Shown here piece after piece: positions 20,801 to 35,800 of a stretch of 64,000 bases of DNA (positions are counted from its first letter, which is position 1; every line of letters starts with the position of its first letter). This DNA is from Balanoglossus misakiensis. Its lineage: Eukaryota > Animalia > Hemichordata. The position numbers and the translations under genes were made by a program. The stretch lies in contig CM082586.2 in assembly GCA_040954595.2 (NCBI GenBank), positions 12,059,337 to 12,123,336 on the forward strand, read 5' to 3'. The notes below the pieces were generated by a model that made no database searches, had not been told where the DNA came from, and worked only from the letters and a program-made list of their open reading frames with translations.

Positions 20801-23800
20801 TTATGTTATAGTTTCAAGGCTTTGTTTTGGAATAACGAATTCTCTACAAGATTTAAGTGGAACAGTCACAGAATGAAAACAAATATGGAAAGAGTTATGC
20901 CGGAATGTTGTAAGGAATAGAGTAATATTGCAAATAATTTAATTTCTTACATCATAAATGGAATTCAAAGAATGGTCACATAACTGGATATGTTTTACTA
21001 AAAAGACTTATGTATAGGTTCAATAATTTGTGTTGAAATACCAAATTCTCTACAAGATTTAAGTGGAACAGTCACTGAATGAAAACAAATATAGAAAGAG
21101 TTATGCCTGAATGTTGTAAGGGATAGATTAATATTGCAAATAATTTAATTTCTTATATCATAAATGGAATTCAAAGAATGGTCACATAACGGGCCATGTT
21201 TTAGTAAAAAGACTTATGTATAGTTTCAAGGCTTTGTTTTGGAATAACGAATTCTCTCCAAGATTTAATTTGAACAGTTACAGAATGAAAACAAATATTC
21301 ACATAGTTATGCCAGAATGTTGTAAGGGATAGTTTAATATTGCAAATAATTTAATTTCTTACATCATAAATGGAATTCAAAGAATGGTCACATAACGGGC
21401 CATGTTTTACAAAAAGACTTAATATGTATAGTTTCAAGGCTTTGTTTTGGAATAACGAATTCTCTACAGGATTTAAGTGGAACAGTCACAGAATGAAAAC
21501 AAATATGGAAAGAGTTATGCTGGAATGTTGTAAGGGATAGATTAATATTGCAAATAATTTAATTTCTTACATCATAAAATGAATTCAAAGAATGGTCACA
21601 TAACAGGATATGTTTTACTAAAAAAACTTATGTATAGTTACAAGGCTTTGTTTTGGAATAACGAATTCTCTACAAGATTTAAGTGGAACAGTCACAGAAT
21701 GAAAACAAATATGGAAAGAGTTATGCTGGAATGTTATAAGGGATAGATTAATATTGCAAATAATTTAATTTCTTACATCATAAAAAAAATTCAAAGAATG
21801 GTCACATAACAGGAAATGTTTTACTAAAAAGACTTATGTTATAGTTTCAAGGCTTTGTTTTGGAATAACGAATTCTCTACAAGATTTAAGTGGAAAGTCA
21901 CAGAATGAAAACAAATATGGAAAGAGTTATGCCAGAATGTTGTAAGGAATAGATTAATATTGCAAATAATTTAATTTCTTACATCACAAATGGAATTCAA
22001 AGAAACGTCACGTAACAGGATATGTATCGTTTCAAGGCTTTGTTTTGGAATAACAAATTCTCTACAAGATTTAAGTGGAACAGTCACAGAATGAAAACAA
22101 ATATGGAAAGAGTTATGCTGGAATGTTATAAGGGATAGATTAATATTGCAAATAATTTAATTTCTTACATCATAAAATGAATTCAAAGAATGGTCACATA
22201 ACAGGATATGTTTTACTAAAAAGACTTATGTTATAGATTCAAGGCTTTGTTTTGGAATAACGAATTCTCTACAAGATTTAAGTGGAACAGTCACAGAATG
22301 AAAACAAATATTCAAATAGTTATGCTGGAATGTTGTAAGGGATAGATTAATATTGCAAATAATTTAATTTCTTACATCATAAATGAAATTCAAAGAATGG
22401 TCAAATAACAAGCCATGTTTTACTAAAAAGACTTATGTTATAGTTTCAAGGTTTTGTTTTGGAATAACGAATTCTCTCCAAGATTTAAGTTGAACAGTTA
22501 CAGAATGAAAACAAATATTCAAATAGTTATGCCAGAATGTTGTAAGGGATAGATTAATATTGCAAATAATTTAATTTCTTACATCATAAATGGAATTCAA
22601 AGAAAGGTCACGTAACAGGATATGTATAGTTTCAAGCCTTTGTTTTGGAGTAACGAATTCTCTACAAGATTTAAGTGGAACAGTCACAGAATGAAAACAA
22701 ATATGGAAAGAGTTATGCTGAAATGTTGTAAGGGATAGATTAATATTGCATAAAATTTAATTTCTTACATCATAAATGGAATTCAAAGAATGGTCACATA
22801 ACTGGATATGTTTTACTAAAAAGACTTATGTATAGGTTCAAGAATTTGTGTTGAAATACCAAATTCTCTACAAGATTTAAGTGGAACAGTCACAGAATGA
22901 AAACAAATATGGAAAGAGATATGTCGGAATGTTGTAAGGGATAGATTAATATTGCAAATAATTTAATTTCTTACATCATAAATGGAAACCAAAGAATGGT
23001 CACATAACGGGCCATGTTTTACAAAAAGACTTATGTATAGTTTCAAGGCTTTGTTTTGGAATAACGAATTCTCTACAAGATTTAACAGGAATAGTCACAG
23101 AATGAAAACAAATATGGAAAGAGTTATGCTGGAATGTTGTAAGGGATAGATTAATATTGCAAATAATTTAATTTCTTACATCATAAAATGAATTCAAAGA
23201 ATGGTCACATAACAGGATATGTTTTACGAAAAAGACTTATGTTATAGTTTCAAGGCTTTGTTTTGGAATAACGAATTCTCTACAAGATTTAATTGGAACA
23301 GTCACAGAATGAAAACAAATATGGAAAGAGTTATGCCGGAATGTTGTAAGGAATAGATTAATATTGCAAATAATTTAATTTCTTACATCATAAATGGAAT
23401 TCAAAGAAAGGTCACGTAACAGGATATGTATAATTTCAAGCCTTTGTTTTGGAGTAACGAATTCTCTACAAGATTTAAGTGGAACAGTCACAGAATGAAA
23501 ACAAATATGGAAAGAGTTATGCTGAAATGTTGTAAGGGATAGATTAATATTGCATAAAATTTAATTTCTTACATCATAAATGGAATTCAAAGAATGGTCA
23601 CATAACGGGCCATGTTTTACTAAAAAGACTTATGTATAGTTTCAAGGCTTTGTTTGGAATAACGAATTCTCTCCAAGATTTAAGTTGAACAGTTACAGAA
23701 TGAAAACAAATATTCAAATAGTTATGCTGGAATGTTGTAAGGGATAGTTTAATATTGCAAATAATTTAATTTCTTACATCATAAATGAAATTCAAAGAAT

Positions 23801-26800
23801 GGTCACATAACGGGCCATGTTTTACTAAAAAGACTTATGTATAGTTTCAAGGTTTTGTTTTGGAATAACGGATTCTCTACAAGATTTAAGTGGAATAGTC
23901 ACAGAGTGAAAACAAATATGGAAAGAGTTATGCTGGAATGTTGTAAGGGATAGATTAATATTGCAAATAATTTAATTTCTTACATCATAAAATGAATTCA
24001 AAGAATGGTCACATAACAGGATATGTTTTACTAAAAAGACTTATGTTATAGTTTCAAGGCTTTGTTTTGGAATAACGAATTCTCTACAAGATTTAAGTGG
24101 AACAGTCACAGAATGAACACAAATATGGAAAGAGATATGTCGGAATAAGGTAAGGGATAGATCAATATTGCAAATAATTTAATTTCTTACATCATAAATG
24201 GAATTCAAAGAAAGGTCACGTAACAGGACATGTATAGTTTCAAGCCTTTGTTTTGGAGTAACGAATTCTCTACAAGATTTAAGTGGAACAGTCACAGAAT
24301 GAAAACAAATATGGAAAGAGTTATGCTGAAATGTTGTAAGGGATAGATTAATATTGCATAAAATTTAATTTCTTACATCATAAATTGAATTCAAAGAATG
24401 GTCACATAACTGGATATGTTTTACTAAAAAGACTTATGTATAGGTTCAAGAATTTGTGTTGAAATACCAAATTCTCTACAAGATTTAAGTGGAACAGTCA
24501 CAGAATGAACACAAATATGGAAAGAGATATGTCGGAATAAGGTAAGGGATAGATTAATATTGCAAATAATTTAATTTCTTACATCATAAATGGAATTCAA
24601 AGAATGGTCACATAACGGGCCGTGTTTTACTAAAAAGACTTATGTATAGTTTCAAGCCTTTGTTTTGGAATAACGAATTCTCTCCAAGATTTAAGTTGAA
24701 CAGTTACAGAATGAAAAGCAATATTCAAATAGTTATGCTGAAATGTTGTAAGGGATAGTTTAATATTGCAAATAATTTAATTTCCTACATCATAAATGAA
24801 ATTCAAAGAATGGTCAAATAACGGGCCATGTTTTACTAAAAAGACTTAATATGTATAGTTTGAAGGCTTTGTTTTGGAATAACGAATTCTCTACAAGATT
24901 TAAGTGGAACAGTCACAGAATGAAAACAAATATGGAAAGCGTTATGCCGGAATGTTGTAAGGGATAGATAATTATTGCAAATAATTTAATTTCTTACATC
25001 ATAAATGGAAACCAAAGAATGGTCACATAACGGGCCATGTTTTACAAAAAGACTTATGTATAGTTTCAAGGCTTTGTTTTGGAATAACGAATTCTCTACA
25101 AGATTTAAGTGGAATAGTCACAGAATGAAAACAAATATGGAAAGAGTTATGCTGGAATGTTGTAAGGGATAGATTAATATTGCAAATAATTTAATTTCTT
25201 ACATCATAAAATGAATTCAAAGAATGGTCACATAACAGGATATGTTTTACGAAAAAGACTTATGTTATAGTTTCAAGGCTTTGTTTTGGAATAACGAATT
25301 CTCTACAAGATTTAAGTGGAACAGTCACAGAATGAAAACAAATATGGAAAGAGTTATGCCGAAATGTTGTAAGGAATAGATTAATATTGCAAATAATTTA
25401 ATTTCTTACATCATAAATGGAATTCAAAGAAAGGTCACGTAACAGGATATGTATAATTTCAAGCCTTTGTTTTGGATTAACGAATTCTCTACAAGATTTA
25501 AGTGGAACAGTCACAGAATGAAAACAAATATGGAAAGAGTTATGCTGAAATGTTGTAAGGGATAGATTAATATTGCATAAAATTTAATTTCTTACATCAT
25601 AAATGGAATTCAAAGAATGGTCACATAACTGGATATGTTTTACTAAAAAGACTTATGTATAGGTTCAAGAATTTGTGTTGAAATATCAAATTCTCTACAA
25701 GATTTAAGTGGAACAGTCACAGAATGAAAACTAATATGGAAAGAGTTATGTCGGAATGTTGTAAGGGATAGATTAATATTGCAAATAATTTAATTTCTTA
25801 CATCATAAATGGAATTCAACGAATGGTCACATAACGGGCCATGTTTTACTAAAAAGACTTATGTATAGTTTCAAGGCTTTGTTTTGGAATAACGAATTAT
25901 CTACAAGATTTAAGTGGAACAGTCACAGAATGAAAACAAATATGGAAAGAGTTATGCTGAAATGTTGTAAGGGATAGATTAATATTGCATAAAATTTAAT
26001 TTCTTACATCATAAATTGAATTCAAAGAATGGTCACATAACTGGATATGTTTTACTAAAAAGACTTATGTATAGGTTCAAGAATTTGTGTTGAAATACCA
26101 AATTCTCTACAAGATTTAAGTGGAACAGTCACAGAATGAACACAAATATGGAAAGAGATATGTCGGAATAAGGTAAGGGATAGATTAATATTGCAAATAA
26201 TTGAATTTCTTACATCATAAATGGAATTCAAAGAATGGTCACATAACGGGCCATGTTTTACTAAAAAGACTTATGTATAGTTTCAAGCCTTTGTTTTGGA
26301 ATAACGAATTCTCTCCAAGATTTAAGTTGAACAGTTACAGAATGAAAAGCAATATTCAAATAGTTATGCTGAAATGTTGTAAGGGATAGTTTAATATTGC
26401 AAATAATTTAATTTCTTACATCATAAATGAAATTCAAAGAATGGTCAAATAACGGGCCATGTTTTTCTAAAAAGACTTAATATGTATAGTTTGAAGGCTT
26501 TGTTTTGGAATAACGAATTCTCTACAAGATTTAAGTGGAACAGTCACAGAATGAAAACAAATATGGAAAGCGTTATGCCGGAATGTTGTAAGGGATAGAT
26601 AATTATTGCAAATAATTTAATTTCTTACATCATAAATGGAAACCAAAGAATGGTCACATAACGGGCCATGTTTTACAAAAAGACTTATGTATAGTTTCAA
26701 GGCTTTGTTTTGGAATAACGAATTATCTACAAGATTTAAGTGGAATAGTCACAGAATGAAAACAAATATGGAAAGAGTTATGCTGGAATGTTGTAAGGGA

Positions 26801-29800
26801 TAGATTAATATTGCAAATAATTTAATTTCTTACATCATAAAATGAATTCAAAGAATGGTCACATAACAGGATATGTTTTACGAAAAAGACTTATGTTATA
26901 GTTTCAAGGCTTTGTTTTGGAATAACGAATTATCTACAAGATTTAAGTGGAACAGTCACAGAATGAAAACTAATATGGAAAGAGTTATGTCGGAATGTTG
27001 TAAGGGATAGATTAATATTGCAAATAATTTAATTTCTTACATCATAAATGGAATTCAAAGAAAGGTCACGTAACAGGATATGTATAATTTCAAGCCTTTG
27101 TTTTGGATTAACGAATTCTCTACAAGATTTAAGTGGAACAGTCACAGAATGAAAACAAATATGGAAAGAGTTATGCTGAAATGTTGTAAGGGATAGATTA
27201 ATATTGCATAAAATTTAATTTCTTACATCATAAATGGAATTCAAAGAATGGTCACATAACTGGATATGTTTTACTAAAAAGACTTATGTATAGGTTCAAG
27301 AATTTGTGTTGAAATATCAAATTCTCTACAAGATTTAAGTGGAACAGTCACAGAATGAAAACTAATATGGAAAGAGTTATGTCGGAATGTTGTAAGGGAT
27401 AGATTAATATTGCAAATAATTTAATTTCTTACATCATAAATGGAATTCAACGAATGGTCACATAACGGGCCATGTTTTACTAAAAAGACTTATGTATAGT
27501 TTCAAGGCTTTGTTTTGGAATAACGAATTATCTACAAGATTTAAGTGGAACAGTCACAGAATGAAAACAAATATGGAAAGAGTTATGCCGGAATGTTGTA
27601 AGGGATAGATTAATATTGCAAATAATTTAATTTCTTACATCATAAAATGAATTCAAAGAATGGTCACATAACAGGATATGTTTTACGAAAAAGACTTATG
27701 TTATAGTTTCAAGGCTTTGTTTTGGAATAACGAATTATCTACAAGATTTAAGTGGAACAGTCACAGAATGAAAACAAATATGGAAAGAGTTATGCCGGAA
27801 TGTTGTAAGGAATAGATTAATATTGCAAATAATTTAATTTCTTACATCATAAATGGAATTCAAAGAAAGGTCACGTAACAGGATATGTATAATTTCAAGC
27901 CTTTGTTTTGGATTAACGAATTCTCTACAAGATTTAAGTGGAACAGTCACAGAATGAAAACAAATATGGAAAGAGTTATGCTGAAATGTTGTAAGGGATA
28001 GATTAATATTGCATAAAATTTAATTTCTTACATCATAAATGGAATTCAAAGAATGGTCACATAACTGGATATGTTTTACTAAAAAGACTTATGTATAGGT
28101 TCAAGAATTTGTGTTGAAATACCAAATTCTCTACAAGATTTAAGTGGAACAGTCACAGAATGAAAACTAATATGGAAAGAGTTATGTCGGAATGTTGTAA
28201 GGGATAGATTAATATTGCAAATAATTTAATTTCTTACATCATAAATGGAATTCAACGAATGGTCACATAACGGGCCATGTTTTAATAAAAAGACTTATGT
28301 ATAGTTTCAAGGCTTTGTTTTGGAATAACGAATTATCTACAAGATTTAAGTGGAACAGTCACAAAATGAAAACAAATATGGAATGAGTTATGCCGGAATG
28401 TTGTAAGGGATAGATTAATATTGCAAATAATTTAATTTCTTACATCATAAATGGAATTCAACGAATGGTCACATAACGGGCCATGTTTTACTAAAAAAAC
28501 TTATGTATAGTTTCAAGGCTTTGTTTTGGAATAACGAATTATCTACAAGATTTAAGTGGAACAGTCACAAAATGAAAACAAATATGGAAAGAGTTATGCC
28601 GGAATGTTGTAAGGGATAGATTAATATTGCAAATAATTTAATTTCTTACATCATAAAATGAATTCAAAGAATGGTCACATAACAGGATATGTTTTACGAA
28701 AAAGACTTATGTTATAGTTTCAAGGCTTTGTTTTGGAATAACGAATTATCTACAAGATTTAAGTGGAACAGTCACAGAATGAAAACAAATATGGAAAGAG
28801 TTATGCCGGAATGTTGTAAGGAATAGATTAATATTGCAAATAATTTAATTTCTTACATCATAAATGGAATTCAAAGAAAGGTCACGTAACAGGATATGTA
28901 TAATTTCAAGCCTTTGTTTTGGATTAACGAATTCTCTACAAGATTTAAGTGGAACAGTCACAGAATGAAAACAAATATGGAAAGAGTTATGCTGAAATGT
29001 TGTAAGGGATAGATTAATATTGCAAATAATTTAATTTCTTACATCATAAATGGAATTCAACGAATGGTCACATAACGGGCCATGTTTTACTAAAAAGACT
29101 TATGTATAGTTTCAAGGCTTTGTTTTGGAATAACGAATTATCTACAAGATTTAAGTGGAACAGTCACAGAATGAAAACAAATATGGAAAGAGTTATGCCG
29201 GAATGTTGTAAGGGATAGATTAATATTGCAAATAATTTAATTTCTTACATCATAAAATGAATTCAAAGAATGGTCACATAACAGGATATGTTTTACGAAA
29301 AAGACTTATGTTATAGTTTCAAGGCTTTGTTTTGGAATAACGAATTATCTACAAGATTTAAGTGGAACAGTCACAGAATGAAAACAAATATGGAAAGAGT
29401 TATGCCGGAATGTTGTAAGGAATAGATTAATATTGCAAATAATTTAATTTCTTACATCATAAATGGAATTCAAAGAAAGGTCACGTAACAGGATATGTAT
29501 AATTTCAAGCCTTTGTTTTGGATTAACGAATTCTCTACAAGATTTAAGTGGAACAGTCACAGAATGAAAACAAATATGGAAAGAGTTATGCTGAAATGTT
29601 GTAAGGGATAGATTAATATTGCATAAATTTAATTTCTTACATCATAAATGGAATTCAAAGAATGGTCACATAACTGGATATGTTTTACTAAAAAGACTTA
29701 TGTATAGGTTCAAGAATTTGTGTTGAAATACCAAATTCTCTACAAGATTTAAGTGGAACAGTCACAGAATGAAAACTAATATGGAAAGAGTTATGTCGGA

Positions 29801-32800
29801 ATGTTGTAAGGGATAGATTAATATTGCAAATAATTTAATTTCTTACATCATAAATGGAATTCAACGAATGGTCACATAACGGGCCATGTTTTAATAAAAA
29901 GACTTATGTATAGTTTCAAGGCTTTGTTTTGGAATAACGAATTATCTACAAGATTTAAGTGGAACAGTCACAAAATGAAAACAAATATGGAAAGAGTTAT
30001 GCCGGAATGTTGTAAGGGATAGATTAATATTGCAAATAATTTAATTTCTTACATCATAAATGGAATTCAACGAATGGTCACATAACGGGCCATGTTTTAC
30101 TAAAAAAACTTATGTATAGTTTCAAGGCTTTGTTTTGGAATAACGAATTATCTACAAGATTTAAGTGGAACAGTCACAAAATGAAAACAAATATGGAAAG
30201 AGTTATGCCGGAATGTTGTAAGGGATAGATTAATATTGCAAATAATTTAATTTCTTACATCATAAAATGAATTCAAAGAATGGTCACATAACAGGATATG
30301 TTTTACGAAAAAGACTTATGTTATAGTTTCAAGGCTTTGTTTTGGAATAACGAATTATCTACAAGATTTAAGTGGAACAGTCACAGAATGAAAACAAATA
30401 TGGAAAGAGTTATGCCGGAATGTTGTAAGGAATAGATTAATACTGCAAATAATTTAATTTCTTACATCATAAATGGAATTCAAAGAAAGGTCACGTAACA
30501 GGATATGTATAATTTCAAGCCTTTGTTTTGGATTAACGAATTCTCTACAAGATTTAAGTGGAACAGTCACAGAATGAAAACAAATATGGAAAGAGTTATG
30601 CTGAAATGTTGTAAGGGATAGATTAATATTGCATAAAATTTAATTTCTTACATCATAAATGGAATTCAAAGAATGGTCACATAACTGGATATGTTTTACT
30701 AAAAAGACTTATGTATAGGTTCAAGAATTTGTGTTGAAATACCAAATTCTCTACAAGATTTAAGTGGAACAGTCACAGAATGAATACTAATATGGAAAGA
30801 GTTATGTCGGAATGTTGTAAGGGATAGATTAATATTGCAAATAATTTAATTTCTTACATCATAAATGGAATTCAACGAATGGTCACATAACGGGCCATGT
30901 TTTACTAAAAAGACTTATGTATAGTTTCAAGGCTTTGTTTTGGAATAACGAATTCTCTCCAAGATATAAGTTGAACAGTTACAAAATGAAAACAAATATT
31001 CAAATAGTTATGCTGGAATGTTGTAAGGGATAGTTTAATATTGCAAATAATTTAATTTCTTACATCATAAATGGTATTCAAAGAATGGTCAAATAACGGG
31101 CCATGTTTTACTAAAAAGACTTAATATGTATAGTTTGAAGGCTTTGTTTTGGAATAACGAATTATCTACAAGATTTAAGTGGAACTGTCACAGAATGAAA
31201 ACAAATATGGAAAGCGTTATGCCGGAATGTTGTAAGGGATAGATAATTATTGCAAATAATTTAATTTCTTACATCATAAATGGAATTCAAAGAATGGTCA
31301 CATAACGGGCCATGTTTTAAAAAAAGACTTATGTATAGTTTGAAGGCTTTGTTTTGGAATGACGAATTCTCTACAAGATTTAAGTGGAACAGTCACAGAA
31401 TGAAAACAAATATCGAAAGAGTTATGCTGAAATGTTGTAAGGGATAGATTAATATTGCATAAAATTTAATTTCTTACATCATAAATGGAATTCAAAGAAT
31501 GGTCACATAACTGGATATGTTTTACTAAAAAGACTTATGTATAGGTTCAAGAATTTGTGTTGAATTACCAAATTCTCTACAAGATTTAAGTGGAACAGTC
31601 ACAGAATGAAAACAAATATAGAAAGAGTTATGCCGGAATGTTGTAAGTGATAGAATAAAATTGCAAATAATTTAATTTCTTATATCATAAATGGAATTCA
31701 AAGAATGGTCACATAACGGGCCATGTTTTAGTAAAAAGACTTATGTATAGTTTCAAGGCTTTGTTTTGGAATAACGAATTCTCTACAAGATTTAATTTGA
31801 ACAGTTACAGAATGAAAATAAATATTCAAATAGTTATGCTGGAATGTTGTAAGGGATAGTTTAATATTGCAAATAATTTAATTTCTTACATCATAAATGA
31901 AATTCAAAGAATGGTCAAATCACAGGCCATGTTTTACTAAAAAGATTTATATATAGTTTCAAGGCTGTGTTTTGGAATAATGAATTCTCTACAAGATTTA
32001 AGTGGAACAGTCACAGAATGAAAACAAATATGGAAAGAGTTATGCCGGAATGTTGTAAGGAATAGATTAATATTGCAAATAATTTAATTTCTTACATCAT
32101 AAATGGAATTCAAAGAAACGTCACGTAACAGGATATGTATAGTTTCAAGGCTTTATTTTGGAATAACGAATTCTCTACAAGATTTAAGTGGAACAGTCAC
32201 AAAATGAAAACAAATATTCAAATAGTTATGCTGGAATGTTGTAAATGATAGTTTAATATTGCAAATAATTTAATTTCTTATATCATAAATGGAATTCAAA
32301 GAATGGTCACATAACGGGCCATGTTTTAGTAAAAAGACTTATGTATAGTTTCAAGGCTTTGTTTTGGAATAACGAATTCTCTACAAGATTTAAGTTGAAC
32401 AGTTACAGAATGAAAATAAATATTCAAATAGTTATGCTGGAATGTTGTAAGGGATAGTTTAATATTGCAAATAATTTAATTTCTTACATCATAAATGAAA
32501 TTCAAAGAATGGTCAAATCACAGGCCATGTTTTACTAAAAAGATTTATATATAGTTTCAAGGCGTTGTTTTGGAATAACGAATTCTCTACAAGAATTAAG
32601 TGGAACAGTCACAGAATGAAAACAAATATGGAAAGCGTTATGCCGGAATGTTGTAAGGGATAGATTAATATTACAAATAATTTAATTTCTTACATCATAA
32701 AATGAATTCAAAGAATGGTCACATAACAGGATATGTTTTACTAAAAAGACTTATGTTATAGTTTCAAGGCTTTGTTTTGGAATAACGAATTCTCTACAAG

Positions 32801-35800
32801 ATTTAAGTGGAACAGTCACAGAATGAAAACAAATATGGAAAGAGTTATGCCGGAATGTTGTAAGGAATAGATTAATATTGCAAATAATTTAATTTCTTAC
32901 ATCATAAATGGAATTCAAAGAAACGTCACGTAACAGGATATGTATAGTTTCAAGGCTTTGTTTTGGAGTAACGAATTCTCTACAAGATTTAAGTGGAACA
33001 TGCAGTCACAGAATGAAAACAAATATGGAAAGAGTTATGCTGAAATGTTGTAAGGGATAGATTAATATTGCAAATAATTTAATTTCTTACATCATAAATG
33101 GAATTCAAAGAATGGTCACATAACGGGCCATGTTTTACTAAAAAGACTTATGTATAGTTTCAAGGCTTTGTTTTGGAATAACGAATTCTCTACAAGATTT
33201 AAGTGGAACAGTCATAGAATGAAAACAAATATGGAAAGAGTTATGCTGGAATGTTGTAAGGGATAGATTAATATTGCAAATAATTTAATTTCTTACATCA
33301 TAAAATGAATTCAAAGAATGGTCACATAACAGGATATGTTTTACTAAAAAGACTTATGTATAGTTTCAAGGCTTTGTTTTGGAATAACGAATTCTCTACA
33401 AGATTTAAGTGGAACATTCACAGAATGAAAACAAATATGGAAAGAGTTATGCCGGAATGTTGTAAGGAATAGATTAATATTGCAAATAATTTAATTTCTT
33501 ACATCATAAATGGAATTCAAAGAAACGTCACGTAACAGGATATGTATAGTTTCAAGGCTTTGTTTTGGAAAAACGAATTCTCTACAAGATTTAAGTGGAA
33601 CAGTCACAGAATGAAAACAAATATGGAAAGAGTTATGCTGAAATGTTGTAAGGGATAGATTTATATTGCATAAAATTTAATTTCTTACATCATAAATGGA
33701 ATTCAAAGAAAAGTCACGTAACAGGATATGTATAGTTTCAAGCCTTTGTTTTGGAGTAACGAATTCTCTACTAGATTTAAGTGGAACAGTCACAGAATGA
33801 AAACAAATATAGAAAGAGTTATGCTGAAATGTTGTAAGGGATAGATTAACATTGCATAAAATTTAATTTCTTACATCATAAATGGAATTCAAAGAATGGT
33901 CACATAACTGGATATGTTTTTCTAAAAAGACTTATGTTATAGTTTCAAGGCTTTGTTTTGGAATAACGAATTCTCTACACGAATTAAGTGGAACAGTCAC
34001 AGAATGAAAACAAATATGGGAAGCGTTATGCCGGAATGTAGTAAGGGATAGATTAATATTGCAAATAATTTAATTTCTTACATCATAAAATGAATTCAAA
34101 GAATGGTCACATAACAGGATATGTTTTACTAAAAAGACTTATGTTATAGTTTCAAGGCTTTGTTTTGGAATAACGAATTCTCTACAAGATTTAAGTGGAA
34201 CAGTCACAGAATGAAAACAAATATGGAAAGAGTTATGCCGGAATGTTGTAAGGAATAGAGTAATATTGCAAATAATTTAATTTCTTACATCATAAATGGA
34301 ATTCAAAGAAACGTCACGTAACAGGATATGTATAGTTTCAAGGCTTTGTTTTGGAATAACGAATTCTCTACAAGATTTAAGTGGAACAGTCACAGAATGA
34401 AAACAAATATGGAAATAGTTATGCTGGAATGTTGTAAGGGATAGATTAATATTGCAAAAAATTTAATTTCTTACATCATAAATGGAATTCAAAGAAAGGT
34501 CACGTAACATGATATGTATAGTTTTTAAGCCTTTGTTTTGGAGTAACGAATTCTCTACAAGATTTAAGTGGAACACTCACAGAATGAAAACAAATATGGA
34601 AAGAGTTATGCTGAAATGTTGTAAGGGATAGATTAACATTGCATAAAATTTAATTTCTTACATCATAAATGGAATTCAAAGAATGGTCACATAACTGGAT
34701 ATGTTTTACTAAAAAGACTTATGTATAGGTTCAAGAATTTATGTTGAAATACCAAATTCTCTACAAGATTTAAGTGGAACAGTCACGGAATGAAAACAAA
34801 TATAGAAAGAGTTATGCCGGAATGTTGTAAGGGATAGATAAATATTGCAAATAATTTAATTTCTTATATCATAAATGGAATTCAAAGAATGGTCACATAA
34901 CGGGCCATGTTTTAGTAAAAAGACTTATGTATAGTTTCAAGGCTTTGTTTTTGGAATAACGAATTCTCTACAAGATTTAAGTTGAACAGTTACAGAATGA
35001 AAAGAAATATTCAAATAGTTATGCTGGAATGTTGTAAGGGATAGTTTAATATTGCAAATAATTTAATTTCTTACATCATCAATGAAATTCAAAGAATGGT
35101 CAAATCACGGGCCATGTTTTACTAAAAAGACTCATATATAGTTTCAAGGCTTTGTTTTGGAATAACGAATTCTCTACACGATTTAAGTGGAACAGTCACA
35201 GAATGAAAACAAATATGGAAAGCGTTATGCCGGAATGTAGTAAGGGATAGATTAATATTGCAAATAATTTAATTTCTTACATCATAAAATGAATTCAAAG
35301 AATGGTCACATAACAGGATATGTTTTACTAAAAAGACTTATGTTATAGTTTCAAGGCTTTGTTTTGGAATAACGAATTCTCTACAAGATTTAAGTGGAAC
35401 AGTCACAGAATGAAAACAAATATGGAAAGAGTTATGCCGGAATGTTGTAAGGAATAGAGTAATATTGCAAATAATTTAATTTCTTACATCATAAATGGAA
35501 TTCAAAGAAACGTCACGTAACAGGATATGTATAGTTTCAAGGCTTTGTTTTGGAATAACGAATTCTCTACAAGATTTAAGTGGAACAGTCACAGAATGAA
35601 AACAAATATGGAAATAGTTATGCTGGAATGTTGTAAGGGATAGATTAATATTGCAAAAAATTTAATTTCTTACATCATAAATGGAATTCAAAGAAAGGTC
35701 ACGTAACATGATATGTATAGTTTTTAAGCCTTTGTTTTGGAGTAACGAATTCTCTACAAGATTTAAGTGGAACACTCACAGAATGAAAACAAATATGGAA

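Noticed and set aside
3449-26389. Short ORFs in the satellite (3449, 5450, 15278, 18743, 19984, 26201)
   Set aside because: Chance read-throughs of monomer variants, 61-71 aa, with no protein features.
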